The notes under the pieces are model-generated. The model was not told the origin of the DNA and ran no database searches. It worked only from the letters and a program-made list of their open reading frames with translations. The position numbers were made by a program, and so were the translations under genes. This document shows positions 36,748 through 50,482 of a stretch of 64,000 bases of DNA, in pieces (within the stretch, counting starts at the first letter, position 1; each line of letters starts with the position of its first letter). This stretch comes from Vicugna vicugna. Lineage: Eukaryota. The stretch lies in contig MU058781.1 in assembly GCA_013265495.1 (NCBI GenBank), positions 6,600,522 through 6,664,521 of the forward strand, read 5' to 3'.

Positions 36748-38042
36748 CTGGCCAAGTGCAGGGCACAGAAACAAAAGTGGGGGGAAGGTCAGATTTTAAG
36801 CAAGCACCCAAAATTTTTAAATACGCTTTTTACAGATGAAGTTAACGTGCAACATATTTTTATTTATTTATTTTTTCATTTCTCATTCAGCAGTTGAAAC
36901 TGAGATTCCTATGCTCACAGCAGCTTCTATCTTTTACAGAAACAACCCCCGGAGCCAAAAAGGTGCCTCTGTGACTCTCCCATAAAATGGACTGAATATA
37001 TTCTGTATGCAGTACTAGAAGCAAATATTTTCACTACATAAACACACCTTAGAATTTTGATGCTTTCAGATGTCAATTGCTCCTACAACCTAGTGTTAGG
37101 TCTGTTGTCTACTTACATAACTTACACTAAAGTAGAGATCTGAGTGATTAAATGATCAATTTAGAATCAAAGTTCTGAGCACTTACGAGAAATCTGAAGA
37201 CTATCTTCTTCCAGTGCCCTACCCACTGTAGGAGTCACCCTTCACAAGTCTCTATATATAATCATCCAGCCTTTGCTTGTATACCTCCAACCACAGGGAA
37301 CTCACCACTTGACAAGGCAAGCAGTTTTTTAAAATGCTCACAGGAAGAGCCAAAGCCAACCTCCCTATGTCTTCCATTCATCCATTACTGGTCTTCCTTC
37401 CAGAAGAGAGGTTTTCAGACCATGCTTTGAGGATCCCAGGGGCCCAGCAGGAGGGCCTGCCACAGCCCGCCTGTCCCCATACTCAGCAACTCTGCTGCCC
37501 TACTCCACACATGTGGTTCTGTTCACAATTTCACTTTGAAAATGGATTTCACTGCTAAAACACATTGAAAACCCTTGTACTAGGTGTGACCAAGTTCAAT
37601 TTAATTGCTATAGTAAAGTACAACCCTTCATATAGGGTTGCAGGTGATCATGTTCTGGAACCAGCACTGCTGGGGGTAGGGAGCCATGGGTACCAGTCAG
37701 CAACGCAGACTCCTAGGCACTCGCAATGCGTTAAGATTCAGAATCTCTGAGGGTGATGACTTTCTTGGGTAATTTCCATGCCTGTTAACTTTCTGAGCAG
37801 TAGCTGCTCTCACATTTTTATATGCAGTTTTCAATCTCTCAAGTGCTCTCTTTTTAAGAATAAATTTCCACTATGTTTTCTAGTGTCATAGTTTTATGTA
37901 TTTGGTTGAACTAAAAATGTCACCTAGTTAAGGCATGTGAGTGATCAGAGAAGAGATTTAAGGATCAAAATAAAGTGGGTTTGAATAGATCACAAGCCGG
38001 GATTCACTGTGATAAGCCCTGCAACACCAGGTGTCACCTTAC

Positions 38043-38098
38043 CGTTCAGATCTAGGAAGAGAACCGGGATGTGGGTTTCCATTCCAGGCGGCGGGATC
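38043..38098 (-). CDS. KIF13A: KIF13A exon ~29
   Basis: 56 nt; IPPPGMETHIPVLFLDLN; phases 2/1 fit neighbours. Confidence 0.96.
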
Positions 38099-39068
38099 CT
38101 AAATGTAACAACAATATTTAATCACAACGAAATATGTGTTTTATATCTTGTAAGATAATCAAACACCACAGAGGCATGGAAGCAGAAGAGAAACACCGTA
38201 TAAATGAAGCATTTTCACATTTCTTGACGTCCCTGTTAACAGAACTCATGGGAACCACATGACTTACCCAGAGAACTACCACTTAAGTGAATTATACGAG
38301 GTTAATTGAAATAGATTATTCGAAGCCTTTCTGAGAATAATTCTAGTGTCGGGAAGAAGGGAAGGGGCTGTAGTTACTGGGGGCACAGGGGACAGGATCA
38401 GAACCCAGGGGAAGTAAGCAAAAGGGACAATATTTAAAAAGCTCAAAGGAAGAGAGAATGAAAGATGTGTGGAAGGAGGCAGGTTGTGTGCAGAAAAAAC
38501 CAAACTGTATTGTATCAAAAACGGACCCCTCGGCATCAGAATCACCTCAGGAGACTCTTACAATGAAAAGTCCTAAGACTTTCTCTTCCACATCAGAGGG
38601 ATGGGATTCCGGACTCGACATTTCACAAACACTCAAGATGCTCTGAAATTGGAAGAAGAACTGTCTGGAGAGGGACTCAAAGAACAGGGCAAGCCTGGGA
38701 ACGAGCTGGCTGTTTATAGTAAGTGGCTGGCAGGCACACTGCATGTGACCGACAGGATTCCAGCACACAGGGGACTCTGCAGGGAGAAACACCAGGTTAC
38801 AAGTCACAGTCCCAGGAACTTGGATTTTCTAGTTTCATAATACCATGACATCAACTACACGTCCGTTTGTCATTACAGACACAACTAACATCACTGATGT
38901 CTCTACGCGTATCCAAGAGAGACTGTCTGGGCAAGTATACCCTGTGTTCAAAAGGAACCTGATTTCTCTTTAATGTCGAGAACACATTCTTGTAAAACGA
39001 ATGAGAATGAGAATAAGAAGCAGCAGAAGCAGTTACATTTAATGAATGAGCACTGTGGACAAAGCATT

Positions 39069-39148
39069 TTATATATATATAATATATACATATATATAAA
39101 TATATGTATTTATAATTATATATATAAATGTATATTAGAGATATATAT
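39069..39148. repeat. Imperfect (TA)n low-complexity tract
   Basis: tatatatatataatatatacatatatataaatatatg... Confidence 0.9.
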
Positions 39149-39768
39149 CTAATCCTTACATCAAGTACCAAAAAGGTTGCTCCATTAATAGACTAAGAAT
39201 AAAGCCTCTGAGAAGATAAGGAAACTTAAGATGTTAAGTGCTACAGCTGGAAGCTAAGTCCAGATCCATCTGGCTCCAGAGCCTAAGAGAACCTGCTGTT
39301 TCTTCTGAGTATCAGGACTGACTGACTAATCGACTGACTGACCAACCATTGTGTGTGCAGTGCTGAAGTGCTGACTCTACGTTGGTGACCAAACTGAAGA
39401 GGCACGAGGGCAAGTAGGAACATATGTTCCGCCCCTTTCAAGTATCCTTTGGAAACACCCTTCTTTCAAGCCAAGATAGGAGAATTTCTGGAGATCAGGA
39501 AACCATGTCCAAACTGCTCTTGCCAAGGAACTGAGGAGTGTGGTATCTGATTCCTGGCCAGTGACACATGCTCTCTGGCTTCCTGTGAGAGGAAGGAGGC
39601 TTGCAGGGGGCAGAAGAAGGGGGAAGGGAGCACTGGAGCCGGGCAGCCCTTCTCCGGCAGCCCATGGTACTTGACACTTCCTGTAGCCATCCTGGAAGGT
39701 CACTGATACGACTCGCCGCAGGCCACGGCACCGGCCGTCAGGCTTGCACAGCAGGAAGGGGGACTCAC

Positions 39769-39895
39769 CAGTCGGCAGGCGCCCCGGGGATCCCGCTGCC
39801 CGGCGCGGGCACCAGCACAGCATTCCTCTCCTCCGTCAGCCCCACCCACTGCTCCACAAGCCGGGCTTCCCGCTCCACATCGTCCTCCGTCTTCT
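39769..39895 (-). CDS. KIF13A: KIF13A exon ~28
   Basis: 127 nt; (E)KTEDDVEREARLVEQWVGLTEERNAVLVPAPGSGIPGAPAD(W). Confidence 0.97.
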
Positions 39896-41146
39896 CTGAA
39901 GGACAAAAGGAAGGGATGAGCGCCAAGAGGGAGAAAGTACTACTTCTAAGTTTAAAATAAATCCACTTTCACTCGGTGATGCCCACAAGTGGCTTAAACA
40001 CCCATGATGTCCCAGAAAAGGATTGGAGGCTTTGAAGTCTAAGCTCAGAGAGGCTAGGACACACGCCTAATGGACCATATGCCAGGAGGAGTAGACAGAG
40101 CGCTGGAACAGAGGTTAGAAGACCTGGGTTATTTTACAGGTTCTATGATTTGGGAAAGTTATTCAACAGATGAGTCTTGGCTTCCTAATTTGTCAAACAG
40201 AGATAACACAAGTCAGGTCTACTACTATCAGACGGATCAAGTGAAATCATGGATGTGACCTTGCTTTATAAAACTACACATCACTTGATAAGGACAGACA
40301 ATTAAAAAGACACCATGTACCGTACTCTGCAAAACAAACTGATTTTTCTCCATGCCTGTTATAAAAGGGATATTTTATATGATCTATTTTGAAAGTTCTC
40401 TTACCCTAATTCAACTCTGGAGCCACCTGGGCATAGGCAGAGTGAGTTTTCATTAGCAGGCTGAGCACACACGCAAATGGAGACCACGAGCGGACCGGGG
40501 GGGCTGAGATGTTTTATGGAGGGAGAATGTCTGCTAACTTCTGCATGAGGGGGATTAACACTCATAATGTGTCCTTTGGTGTAGAAACAAACATGCTGAA
40601 TGAATCATAAAGCCAGGATGAGAAACCAGGGTGTAAAAGCCTACTTCTACTCTAGAATCCAAGTGGCCGTGGCCAGCACATGCAATCCGAACCCTGGCGC
40701 TGGGGGGAGGGGAGTGGAGCTGCAGGCTGGCTTCAGGCTGCCCTGGACGAGCCGAGTGCACGGCCGCCGCCCAACTGTAGTCGGGGCCGACCTGCCAAGG
40801 GCTGTGGTTTCAGCAGTGACCCTTTATCTGCTGTCAGTCCCAGGTTCTGAGCCCGGAATACCCCATCTGGAGATGTCGGCATACTGATGGCATTTGCACT
40901 CATCAAAACAAAATTGGAGTTTAACTTTTAGTGTCACAGTTAACTCCAGAATTTTATGAAAACTTATTGTTTTCAAATTCAGAGCCTCCTTACACTAACC
41001 CTGTCCGGTAGGATTCGCTAATACCTATAACTGTTACAAGGCCAAAACACAAAGATACTGTTGTCCAGCTAAGGGAGGAAACCAGCCTGACACCATTGTC
41101 TAGAAGTGAAAAAGCTGCTCCCAGCAAAGAGTTTAATCTCACATAC

Positions 41147-41246
41147 CTTTTTTATTGCTGACTTTTTTAATCTGTTCATCTAAGTATTCTCGCCGTTTAA
41201 TGAGGGCATCAGACCACCTCTCTCTCACACAGTTTAAGTCTTCTTC
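41147..41246 (-). CDS. KIF13A: KIF13A exon ~27
   Basis: 100 nt; EEDLNCVRERWSDALIKRREYLDEQIKKVSNKK. Confidence 0.96.
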
Positions 41247-42888
41247 CTGACATCAGGGAGGGAAAACATTTTCCTGTAGAGTGCATAGATAACTATTTCT
41301 TTTTCTTTAAAAAGATGTTTAAATTGATTAGGGAACTTTTCATTGGGAAAGGCCATTGAACGTTGCCGTGGGATTAATATGCCAGAAAGCAGAGAGGCCT
41401 CAGGAACACCGCATGCTGACTGAGGATCCCATTACTCAGAAATCGGAGCCCGTGGATTTCCAGAAGGATAATTAAACTTAAAAGCAAGAGAAGCTCAAAC
41501 TACACCAGCTGTCTGATGAGTCTTCACGTGGTACGTGCATGTATGTATTTAGGTTGTAGCTATGCCTTTGAAGCGTTTGCGATTCTAAGCAGAAGGACAC
41601 CATCAACAGAGCCCAAATCACAGAACAGCAAACAGAATGGAAAACGACAGGCATTTTCACCATTCATAGCTCAATGGCCTGACAGCAGGCATTTTCTGAA
41701 ATGCGGAGGACAGATCAGCAGGGAATCTTTTGAACTTGCTGCGAAGATTTTACCTCCAACCACTACCATGAGGCTAACTGAAAATTTCCCATGCAAAAAG
41801 CCAACATGCAGCCAGCCATGCTAAGAACCCCCAGAAGCAGCCGCCCGACTTCACTGTGAACCACGTGGCAGGAGGCGCACAGGCAGCCACAGGACGTTAG
41901 TTAATGGCGATGCTGAGATCCAAGGGGACACTGGTATTTCCCTCAATATTTGTTTTACTTGCTTGTTTTCTTTCTTAATAAAATTATGAGGAGGGAAAGA
42001 AACCTACCAATTCTATTCAGGTTGCTCTTTGACTTGCCTAATTCCAGTCTAACCCTTCAGACGTTACATTAAGAGCCAGACACCTGAGGACTCCTGGGGC
42101 TTTACCTACATGGACCCACTTTCTACTTATAGGAAGGCACACTGGGGGAACATGCTTCTAAAATTTATAGAGCGAATCAGTACAAAGACTGGGACCCAAA
42201 CCCAGGAAACATCATCTTGGTCTGCCACCCTGACCATGACTCTTATCCCACATTCCCCTGACAGTGGGCCAGTCAGTGCTGACTAGGTAAAATTTCACAT
42301 TTGCACACATATATATATTTTTTTCCCCTAGACTTCCAAAAACAAAAAGCTGAGATGTCAATTCTTCAGGTTAAGAATAACTAAGGTTGGCCTGAAAGAA
42401 AAGAGAAAACTGGCTAAACAAAACTGTGTGCTTAAAGTGCCTTCAGTTTTGCTATCCAGCAAAAGTCTTCAAAAATAAAATGGCAGATTAGAATGATGCC
42501 ACTTTCTTGGGTGTAAGGCGCTAAGCGCAGGTTTTTATGTAGAAGAGACAAGTCTACTTACAGATGACGGATGAGTAAGGACAATTCTTAAGACCACCAA
42601 TTTAATACAGCGATGGTGGTCCTGTCTAGAAAAGGCTTTACAAGCTAGCAGTTTGCGACGGCATAGCAAAAATGCAGTATCTGCTTATACACTGTGAACT
42701 GACAGGGAAGCCTACAGAAATCGTACTGTACCCTTGATTACGTTTAAAGCAAATCAAAAGCCAGTGAAAACTGCGTATTTCCTGCACTAGGGTCCTCCTC
42801 CTCCTCCCTGCCCTCTGCTTGGCGGATACTGGCAATTAGCGGCAGCTGTGCCCCATGCTACAGGATTGACAGCAGCAGTAATTAATAC

Positions 42889-42927
42889 CTGGTAACTATC
42901 CATATCATCACCATCCTCATCATCTCT
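42889..42927 (-). CDS. KIF13A: KIF13A exon ~26, 39-nt symmetric cassette exon
   Basis: RDDEDGDDMDSYQ; ttttttcctaccag acceptor and gtatta donor; phase 0-0; matches the 13-aa alternative segment I recall in human isoforms. Confidence 0.92.
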
Positions 42928-45848
42928 CTGGTAGGAAAAAAATAAACACAGAGGACATGCATTTTGTTTCTCAAACAGCACACAAGGAAAATACTTCTAC
43001 AAGCTTAACACACACATTACAGTGGATAGCACACACAGTATCAGCATAATAAAACATTTAACGGACTCTCAAACAGTGGGTTTAATTCACTTGTCTACAA
43101 TGACTTAAAGAATTTAAGATTTTTTTTTTAATATATAGAAAGGCAGTTATTTAAAAACAGGAACTCTCAGGACCTCTTAGCTGGAGACAAGAACCAACAC
43201 CACTGGGTCAGGCCTCATTGCACTGTTATGCAAACAGTTGTTACTCGTTTCTGGGTGAGCTATTTGAGATTCTGAATGGGCTAAGAAGGACAGATGGCAA
43301 AACTAGAAAGGACTTCAGGGAGTCTCTTGCTCAACCTCTTAGTTTTAGCCATGAGGCAGCGAAGGCCTGAAGGATTAAACAATTTAACTCAAGGCTCAGG
43401 ATGTGGCGGGGTCAGGATGGGAAGCCAGGCCTCTAAGTCTCCCACCTCTGCGCCCCGTTCTCTGCACCACCCCGTTCACTGCGAAGTCAGCACAGGTGAA
43501 AACCCACTGGGAACCTAAGGCCGTGTACAAACTGTCAGCTCTCTGCACCCGCCAGTTCCACCGTCCGCAGAACCTTCCTGATCCAGAGGGTTGAGTGTAC
43601 TCAGTCACGTTATAGAAGGGATTTGAGCGTTCTCAGATTTTAGCATCCAAGAGAGGGTTGCAGAACCAATCCCCCTGGGTCCCGAGGGAAGACCAGTTCT
43701 GTGGACGACACCACTACAGTAAAAGCACAGCTCACTATCTTAGGTACACGGCTGTATCATTGTCCACTATCTACCCTATCAGTAGCCACACCAGTTAGGT
43801 GAGAAGAATCAAAACTGTCCTAAACCCATGGCAATATTTTACAATAATTACATAAAATAAGACTTCTGGCAAAAAACACCTGCAAAACAAAACCATCATG
43901 TTGAAAACAAAAGGGTTTTAGTTGAGGTGATTTTCCCTGGAAACAAGACTAAAGAAATCCCCATTTGCAGAGGGTAGCCACCCCTATGGCTCTACTCAAA
44001 ACGAACGCTGGGCCATGTCACAACCTTCTTTCATTCCTCTACTGTTATTGGCGGGTTGACATTCAAACAGGAAGCAAAGTGGCCTAGTCATAAAAATGAC
44101 AGATTTTTCTCAAGTGCTTACAAAATATAATTACATTATTTTCACATCTACGTAAACTTCAAAGTATACCGCTTTTAAAAAATGCTTTAAAAATGCTGTT
44201 ACAGGTATTCTCTGCGTAGACTTTATAAAATACACTTTAGTTTTAGTTTGGTAACCATCATGTTTATTTGGATAACTCTAACTTATTAAACGCAAGCTTA
44301 ACACTGCAGTAATTTTTCTTGAATTAATTCCCCATGTTAATGAATAAAGCACAAATAGCTCTAATTTATCATTATTTTTTAGACTAAGGAGGAATTTCTA
44401 TTAACCGAAAACCAGCCTGAGCTCCCGTGATATATCACTGTTGTGAAATCAGCATATTCTGGGTTGCCTCGAGCTATTGCATCAAAATAATTCTACAGTA
44501 CTATGTCAACAACCAAAATGGTCCTGGACAGGACTGTGAGCATGGCAGCAAACAAAAATAAAAGGTTTAAAACAGTCACCGTTTAATTTTGCATGACTGG
44601 TACTATGCTCATTAAAGAGCATTTAGCACCGGGGGAAGGCGGATATTGGAGAGCTAAATTTTTGACAAAAATCCATTTTAACTCAAGAGGCATAGCTGTT
44701 TTAAAAAGTGCACACAATCTTTCTGATGTTCCTAAAAGGGGACCAGTCAGTTGGTGACCCATGTTCGTAGGTCATGATTTAGGACACACAGACTCAAAAG
44801 TTTTACCTAAGATCAGAGACTTCTTAAGTCACAAAATTTTATGGCATAAAGAGACCTCAGAGAGTTATTAAGTCTACTTCATCAATTTGGAGAGGAGAAA
44901 AAGGGAACTTGAAGTTTAAATTACTCAGTTAATTCAAACAAGACTTAAGAACTCAGGTCTCCCCACTCCAAGTCTGTGCTCTGTCTACTGGGCCCTGCAG
45001 TGGCTCCCAGAGTCGACAGCCAAGTGAGGGGCTGGACTGGGTTAAGAATACATACAACCCAAATTTTACTCCACACACAAGGAAAAGCCTGGTGGAGGAG
45101 CCTCCCCTAAAACAGCAGACTCCAGCCTTGAGCCTTCATTTAGACTCTCCCAGGATTTGAGTCGGACGCAATTTTGGCCTGGGATGGGAACGGCAGTGTC
45201 TGACAAAGCTGTGCCTTCTTCAGGCCCAACAGTCCAAGCCAATGCTCTTTTTAGCTTTCAGGAAAGTCTGAATTTCAGGCCACTGGGGACATGTTTATTC
45301 TCACAGAGTCCTAAACAGTTGTGACTGGTAATCAGATGAATTCTTAAAGGTTGCCATCTTTCAGTTTTTTGAAGATGATAACAGAAGATTTAGTAAAAGG
45401 AGATGTAATGAACAAAAATGATCATGAGGACAAGTTTTAATTAAAAAAAGAAAAAAAGTAAAGCTTTCAGAGAGTTGGTTAATGATGCCAGTGTATGGGG
45501 GCAATTTTATATTAAGAAAAGTGGATCAGGCCAGGCAGTAATGCCAAATATCCAATTTAATTTAGGCAATAAAACCTGTCTAAAGTAAATAAGCACAAAA
45601 GCATTAATATGTGCTTATAAATAAAATTATTATTAATGAACACCAAGCCAAGAGAGTATTTTAAACCTAATAAAAAGGCAATGGATGGAAATACAAATTG
45701 GGGGCTTGGGGAGGGGGGTGCGGCAGATACAGGGTTTAGGCAGAGTTCGGTTCTATTCCCAAACAGGGCTCCATCAAAGGTCACTGACTGCCTTCATTCT
45801 GCATTAACCAGTCTTTGTTAGGTACTATTTCAAATCTGTTGGTCTTAC

Positions 45849-45995
45849 CTGGTAACTGTCCAGCCCCCTCTGGAGCTTGGTGGACCGGGCAGTCACGCAG
45901 CCAATGCATACGGACAAGATGGCTTCGACCATGAGTGGCAGAGTCCCGGAATGCTGTACCGGCTTCACCGTGACCTGCACTCTCCGGGAATGGCC
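45849..45995 (-). CDS. KIF13A: KIF13A exon ~25
   Basis: 147 nt; GHSRRVQVTVKPVQHSGTLPLMVEAILSVCIGCVTARSTKLQRGLDSYQ. Confidence 0.97.
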
Positions 45996-46184
45996 CTACA
46001 GAGGTGGGGGTGTGTGGGGACAGGGGTGCCAGGGATAGGAATGGCGAGGGATGGGGCAAGAGGACGAAGGAAGGGAAAAGAATTAGGGAGCAAAGAAACA
46101 AATCCCTAGAAAATTCCCAGAAACTGTGTGTAATGTGAGGGGGACAGGGAGAAAACATGAAACGAGGAAAGACAAAGCTGGTAC

Positions 46185-46317
46185 CTGTCTGAGTTGAAAG
46201 ACACCTCCCGTGTTGACGTCCCTCGCCTGATGGAGTTCCACCGCCGCGTACTCCCCCAGCTCGTTCAGCTCCAGGATGGAGACCCACATCTCTATCCTGC
46301 GCGTGACCTCGCTCCAC
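46185..46317 (-). CDS. KIF13A: KIF13A exon ~24
   Basis: 133 nt; WSEVTRRIEMWVSILELNELGEYAAVELHQARDVNTGGVFQLRQ. Confidence 0.97.
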
Positions 46318-46469
46318 CTGCAGAACACATCCCACCAGTGCCGCTGCCCGCGGACATCGTGGCAGGACTGAGCCCCCTTCTCTGAGCACGACGCGCACCG
46401 CACTGTGCTCTCTGAATGTCAGGACTGTTTTCTTACTGGCCTCCCAAACAGCCCTGTGGTACAGGTCCT

Positions 46470-47200
46470 GTTTACTTCACTGAGGTATAACTTACACTCA
46501 GCGAGCTGTCCAGCTCTCAAGCGTACAGCTGACGCGTTGTGACAGACACACACACCTGGGTACCTCGCCCACTGTCACCGTGGGAGGTGGTGTCAGGCCC
46601 TTCCCGCTTGGTCCCTACGCCGCCCGCAGCAGCTGTGCAACCTTGCAGATTAGCTTTCCCTGTTTCACAATGTCATACGGATGGAATCACGTAGCACTGT
46701 ACTCTTCGAGGTCTGGCTTCTTTGATTCAGATCAGTTTTTCTGATTCATCCAAAGGGGTGTCCACAGGACTTTTTTATACATTGCTGAACAATATTCTAT
46801 CATGTGACTAATATTACAATTTGTTTATCAGACATTCTCACATTGAAGGACATTTGCACTGTTTGCGGTTTTAGGATATTATGAATAGAACTGCTGGGAA
46901 CATCCGTGTATACATCTGCTTATGGACTTAAGTTTTCATTTTCGGGGGTCAATATCTAGTAGCGAGATTTCTGGGTCACAGAAGAGGCAAACGGTCAGCT
47001 TTACAAGAAGAGATCCTCCTTTTTTCTCCTATAAGCTTTACAGTTTTATCTTTTACATTTAAAGTCATGCTCCATCTCAAATTAAGTTTTATGTATCATG
47101 TGAAGTAAACATCAAGATTGGTTTTTTCTCCTCCACATAGATACGCAGTTGATTCAGTCTCATTTGCTGAAAAGGCTGTCCTTTCCCCATTGAATTTTTC
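46470..47200 (-). mobile_element. Old L1 (L1MB/MC-like) fragments
   Basis: gtctggcttctttg...ttgctgaacaatattctat...catttgctgaaaaggctgtcctttccccattg. Confidence 0.65.
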
Positions 47201-47331
47201 CAATACCTGGAAGTTCCTTTTATAACTCCCATTTCACAAAGGAGGAAACAGGCTCAGAGAGTCCTTACTCTCAACTGCTGTCCAAGAGTTAGCCTAGACC
47301 CTGAGTCTAAAGCTCACGGCCAAGTACAAAC

Positions 47332-47483
47332 CTGTCATGCAGCGTTCGTGTCTTCGCGTGAAGGGAATCGACTTCCCAGACGGAGCTGCCGTTCCCAGCG
47401 CACCGGTGGCCCCACACTTCGATCGCCAGCGCGCCATCTGAAATGAACTCCAGGAATTCTTCGGTTACGTTCACCACATAGTC
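47332..47483 (-). CDS. KIF13A: KIF13A exon ~23
   Basis: 152 nt; DYVVNVTEEFLEFISDGALAIEVWGHRCAGNGSSVWEVDSLHAKTRTLHD(R). Confidence 0.97.
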
Positions 47484-49349
47484 CTGGGAGAAGTGGGGGA
47501 AAGGAAAGAGCGACAAGAATTATGCATCTGCAAAATTTTCTTTTACCTTTCAACTGTATACAGATTCAGTTCGAAGTATGTTGGCCTGATCCCAACCTTA
47601 AAACTATTGCTGCTGTTTTACAGAAAAAAGCAAAGAATATTACATTGGAAGGGATATTCCGAGGTAATTTAATTCAACTCCTTTCTTTAAGAAATGAGGA
47701 CCCTAAAGAAAGCAACTTGCCCCCTATCATACTGCTTGTACCCACAGAGCTGAATCTACCTTCCCATCCTCCTGGTCCATTCTCAGTTCACAGGACCGCT
47801 CTGACTTTCAGCCGGAGTGGACTAGTCAGCACATAAAAAAAAAAAAAAGAAAGAAAAAAGAAGGAACTTCTGACTGTTCCTTGCCATGGTTTAGGAGACT
47901 AAACACAGAATTAAGTTGTATACAATTAGCTCCACGATTCTGTGCTCTTGCTCTTAAACTCTCCCACTCGAGTTCTGCGTTGTGAAATGCCAACAGGCGA
48001 GCGTGAGGAAACGGATACTGAACCGACTGAGATGTCTGGCAAATCACCCAGAACAAAGCAGCAGGCAAGGAACCACATCGATTTTCTTTCCAGTAGCATC
48101 TCAGTGGAATCTCAGGTGAGGACAACTCTGTGACTCTAATTTCTGGGAAGCGCTGTGCTATATTGATTTGACCTTATACTATCTACCTTCTTACTTATTT
48201 TATGTGGCTTTATTTAAGACAGAGTCAGAATTCTAGAAGGAAAATAAACTTAATAACCAGTTGGCACAATCTACGCATTTCAGAGATGAAAAAAGTCTCA
48301 AGGTCACAGAGTGAGTCCAAGGTCTCTGAGATCAAAATCTGTTATACCAGCGTTAAGTAGGAATGCACTTAAAATTCAGGTCTGACCCTTCTAAATGAGC
48401 AGCTTTTTAGAGCCAAAGAAAGATGGGGATACTTAAAGCAGTATTTAGAGAACAAAACAACAACAAACATTAATAAAGAATTGAGAAACAGATTTGGTGA
48501 ACATGGGTTAAAAAAATGTGGGCTGTTTGTTTTCAGAGAAAGAACGACTTGACAGACTTTACATATGTGAAATTTTACGGGTGGTGATATGGATTTGTTT
48601 TCTATGTATAGAACCAGAAAGAATTTCCAAAAGAAAGGGTCTTGAGTATCTATGAAGAATTGTCCAAGGCAAAACAACGTGACACAGAAGATAGAGTCTG
48701 GCTGTCAGAAATGACTTGTTGGCAGTCTAATAGGAGTCAGGAAGGGTAGCTGATGTCACAAAAATAGGTCCAAACAATATTCCCCCAAAATTCACCTTTC
48801 TCACTTTATATTTTCTTTAAAAAACTCATATGGGACGTTAGAATACCATGCTTAGAATGTCAAAAGAATGAAAAATATCTACAGCAACTCACATGGTTAG
48901 ATGTTCACATATATTAAAGTAACAAAAGGCAATTCTGCAATCTGTATGCGATCATATTTTTGTATAAAAATATTTTCTAAAGAAGTTATGCATGCGTGAT
49001 GGTAAGCGTGTTGTATCTATGCCCATTTATGTGTATGAACACACTGTTTACCACACACATATAACAGCTGTAGAGCATAGAAAATTGTTTATTAAAATAG
49101 GCAGCAAACTGTCATTGGTCATCAGACCCCTAAGGATTAAGATTTCAGGCAGAAGTCTTTCAGATTTTATTTTAAATACTTTCAAATAATTTGAATTTGT
49201 ATTAAAGTACATTTTGAGGTTAAAAAAGCCCAATAAACATACTACGTTTATAAAACATTCATATGGGGAAAATCTCTAAGTTACAAGTAGTTGTAAACTG
49301 CCCAGGTCGGTTGCCTCCCACGTAGCTCACTTTGTAATGGCATCTGTAC

Positions 49350-49523
49350 CTTACAGTGAGAGAAGGTCACGGTGTACTGCGCATCCTTGGACTGTGGGGA
49401 AGGCACCTCTGGGTCCACCACTGGGGCGGCCACTGTGGATTCACACTGGTCCCAGAATGTGTATTGACAGAAGACGAAATTTGAGAGGTTTAAGGGCAGC
49501 CCTGTTGCCTCTTTAATTTTTAC
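49350..49523 (-). CDS. KIF13A: KIF13A exon ~22
   Basis: 174 nt; VKIKEATGLPLNLSNFVFCQYTFWDQCESTVAAPVVDPEVPSPQSKDAQYTVTFSHCK; donor AAG|gtacag. Confidence 0.96.
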
Positions 49524-49549
49524 CTGAAGAGATTAAAAAAAAAATGCAT

Positions 49550-49830
49550 AGTAAACAATCTTACGGTTACCGGGGAAAGGGGGTGGGAGGGGATAAACTT
49601 GGGGGAGTTTGAGATTTAGCCACTAAAATGTTAGCCACTATATAGAAAAACAGGTTAAAAAAAAAGCTTCTTCTGTACAGCACAAGGAACTATATTCAAT
49701 ATCTTGTAACAACCTGTAATGAAAAAGAGTATGAAAACAAATACATGTATGCGTATGCATGACTGAGACATTGTGCTGTACACTAGAAACTGACACATTG
49801 TAACTGAATGTACTTCAATAAAAATTAAAT
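49550..49830 (+). mobile_element. L1 3' end fragment abutting the exon ~22 acceptor
   Basis: ggttaccggggaaagggggtgggagggataaa...gacacattgtaactgaatgtacttcaataaaa. Confidence 0.85.
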
Positions 49831-50320
49831 TAAAATTGCAAATATAACTCTCATGAAGAAAACATTAAACTATGCTCTCTTTTCACACCCAACTACCTCA
49901 AATTTCAGGGTTAGTGATGAAATAAATCAGTCAGTCATTTACCTGACATCTGAAAATATCTGGCACCATTTCATTAAGGATTACCTATCTGTGATGAAAT
50001 CTGTACCATGGCTCCAAATCACAGTAGATGAGCTGGCAACAAACAGACACATCCCTCTCCAACTTTCCCAGTGACCGAGTTTCTGACACAGGTGCAACCT
50101 TTACTAGAGAAGCACGCCACGAACACAGACTTTAGAAATTCCATACAACTGTCATCAGAAAGTGTGCTTCACCTCTGGAAACAGTCCTGTCCATTACTGT
50201 GTTTACTGTCAGAAAGTTTAAATTTTACTATGTTGTATGAAAAACTTCTAAGATTTTCTATAAAACTGTGTTGAATTAAAAAGGTCATCTATCTGAGCCT
50301 CGTTACCACTGCCCCCTCAC

Positions 50321-50482
50321 CCGGCACGTGAGTTTCCTGACTCGGTGGATGATCTCCCCGCTGCTGTCTACGACTTCAAGGCTCCCACTCTCACTGGAGT
50401 TCTCCGAGGAGTCGTCCTCCACCACGCGCTCCGGGACAGCTCCTGTAACTCGCATCACTTCCACGTGGAGGCGCCCTGCAAC
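50321..50482 (-). CDS. KIF13A: KIF13A exon ~21
   Basis: 162 nt; VAGRLHVEVMRVTGAVPERVVEDDSSENSSESGSLEVVDSSGEIIHRVRKLTCR. Confidence 0.97.

Noticed and set aside
45781..46398. 205-aa minus-strand ORF (similarly 57170-57646 and 39377-39823)
   Set aside because: These are off-frame read-throughs of GC-rich KIF13A exons and introns; the true frames are fixed by the splice phases.
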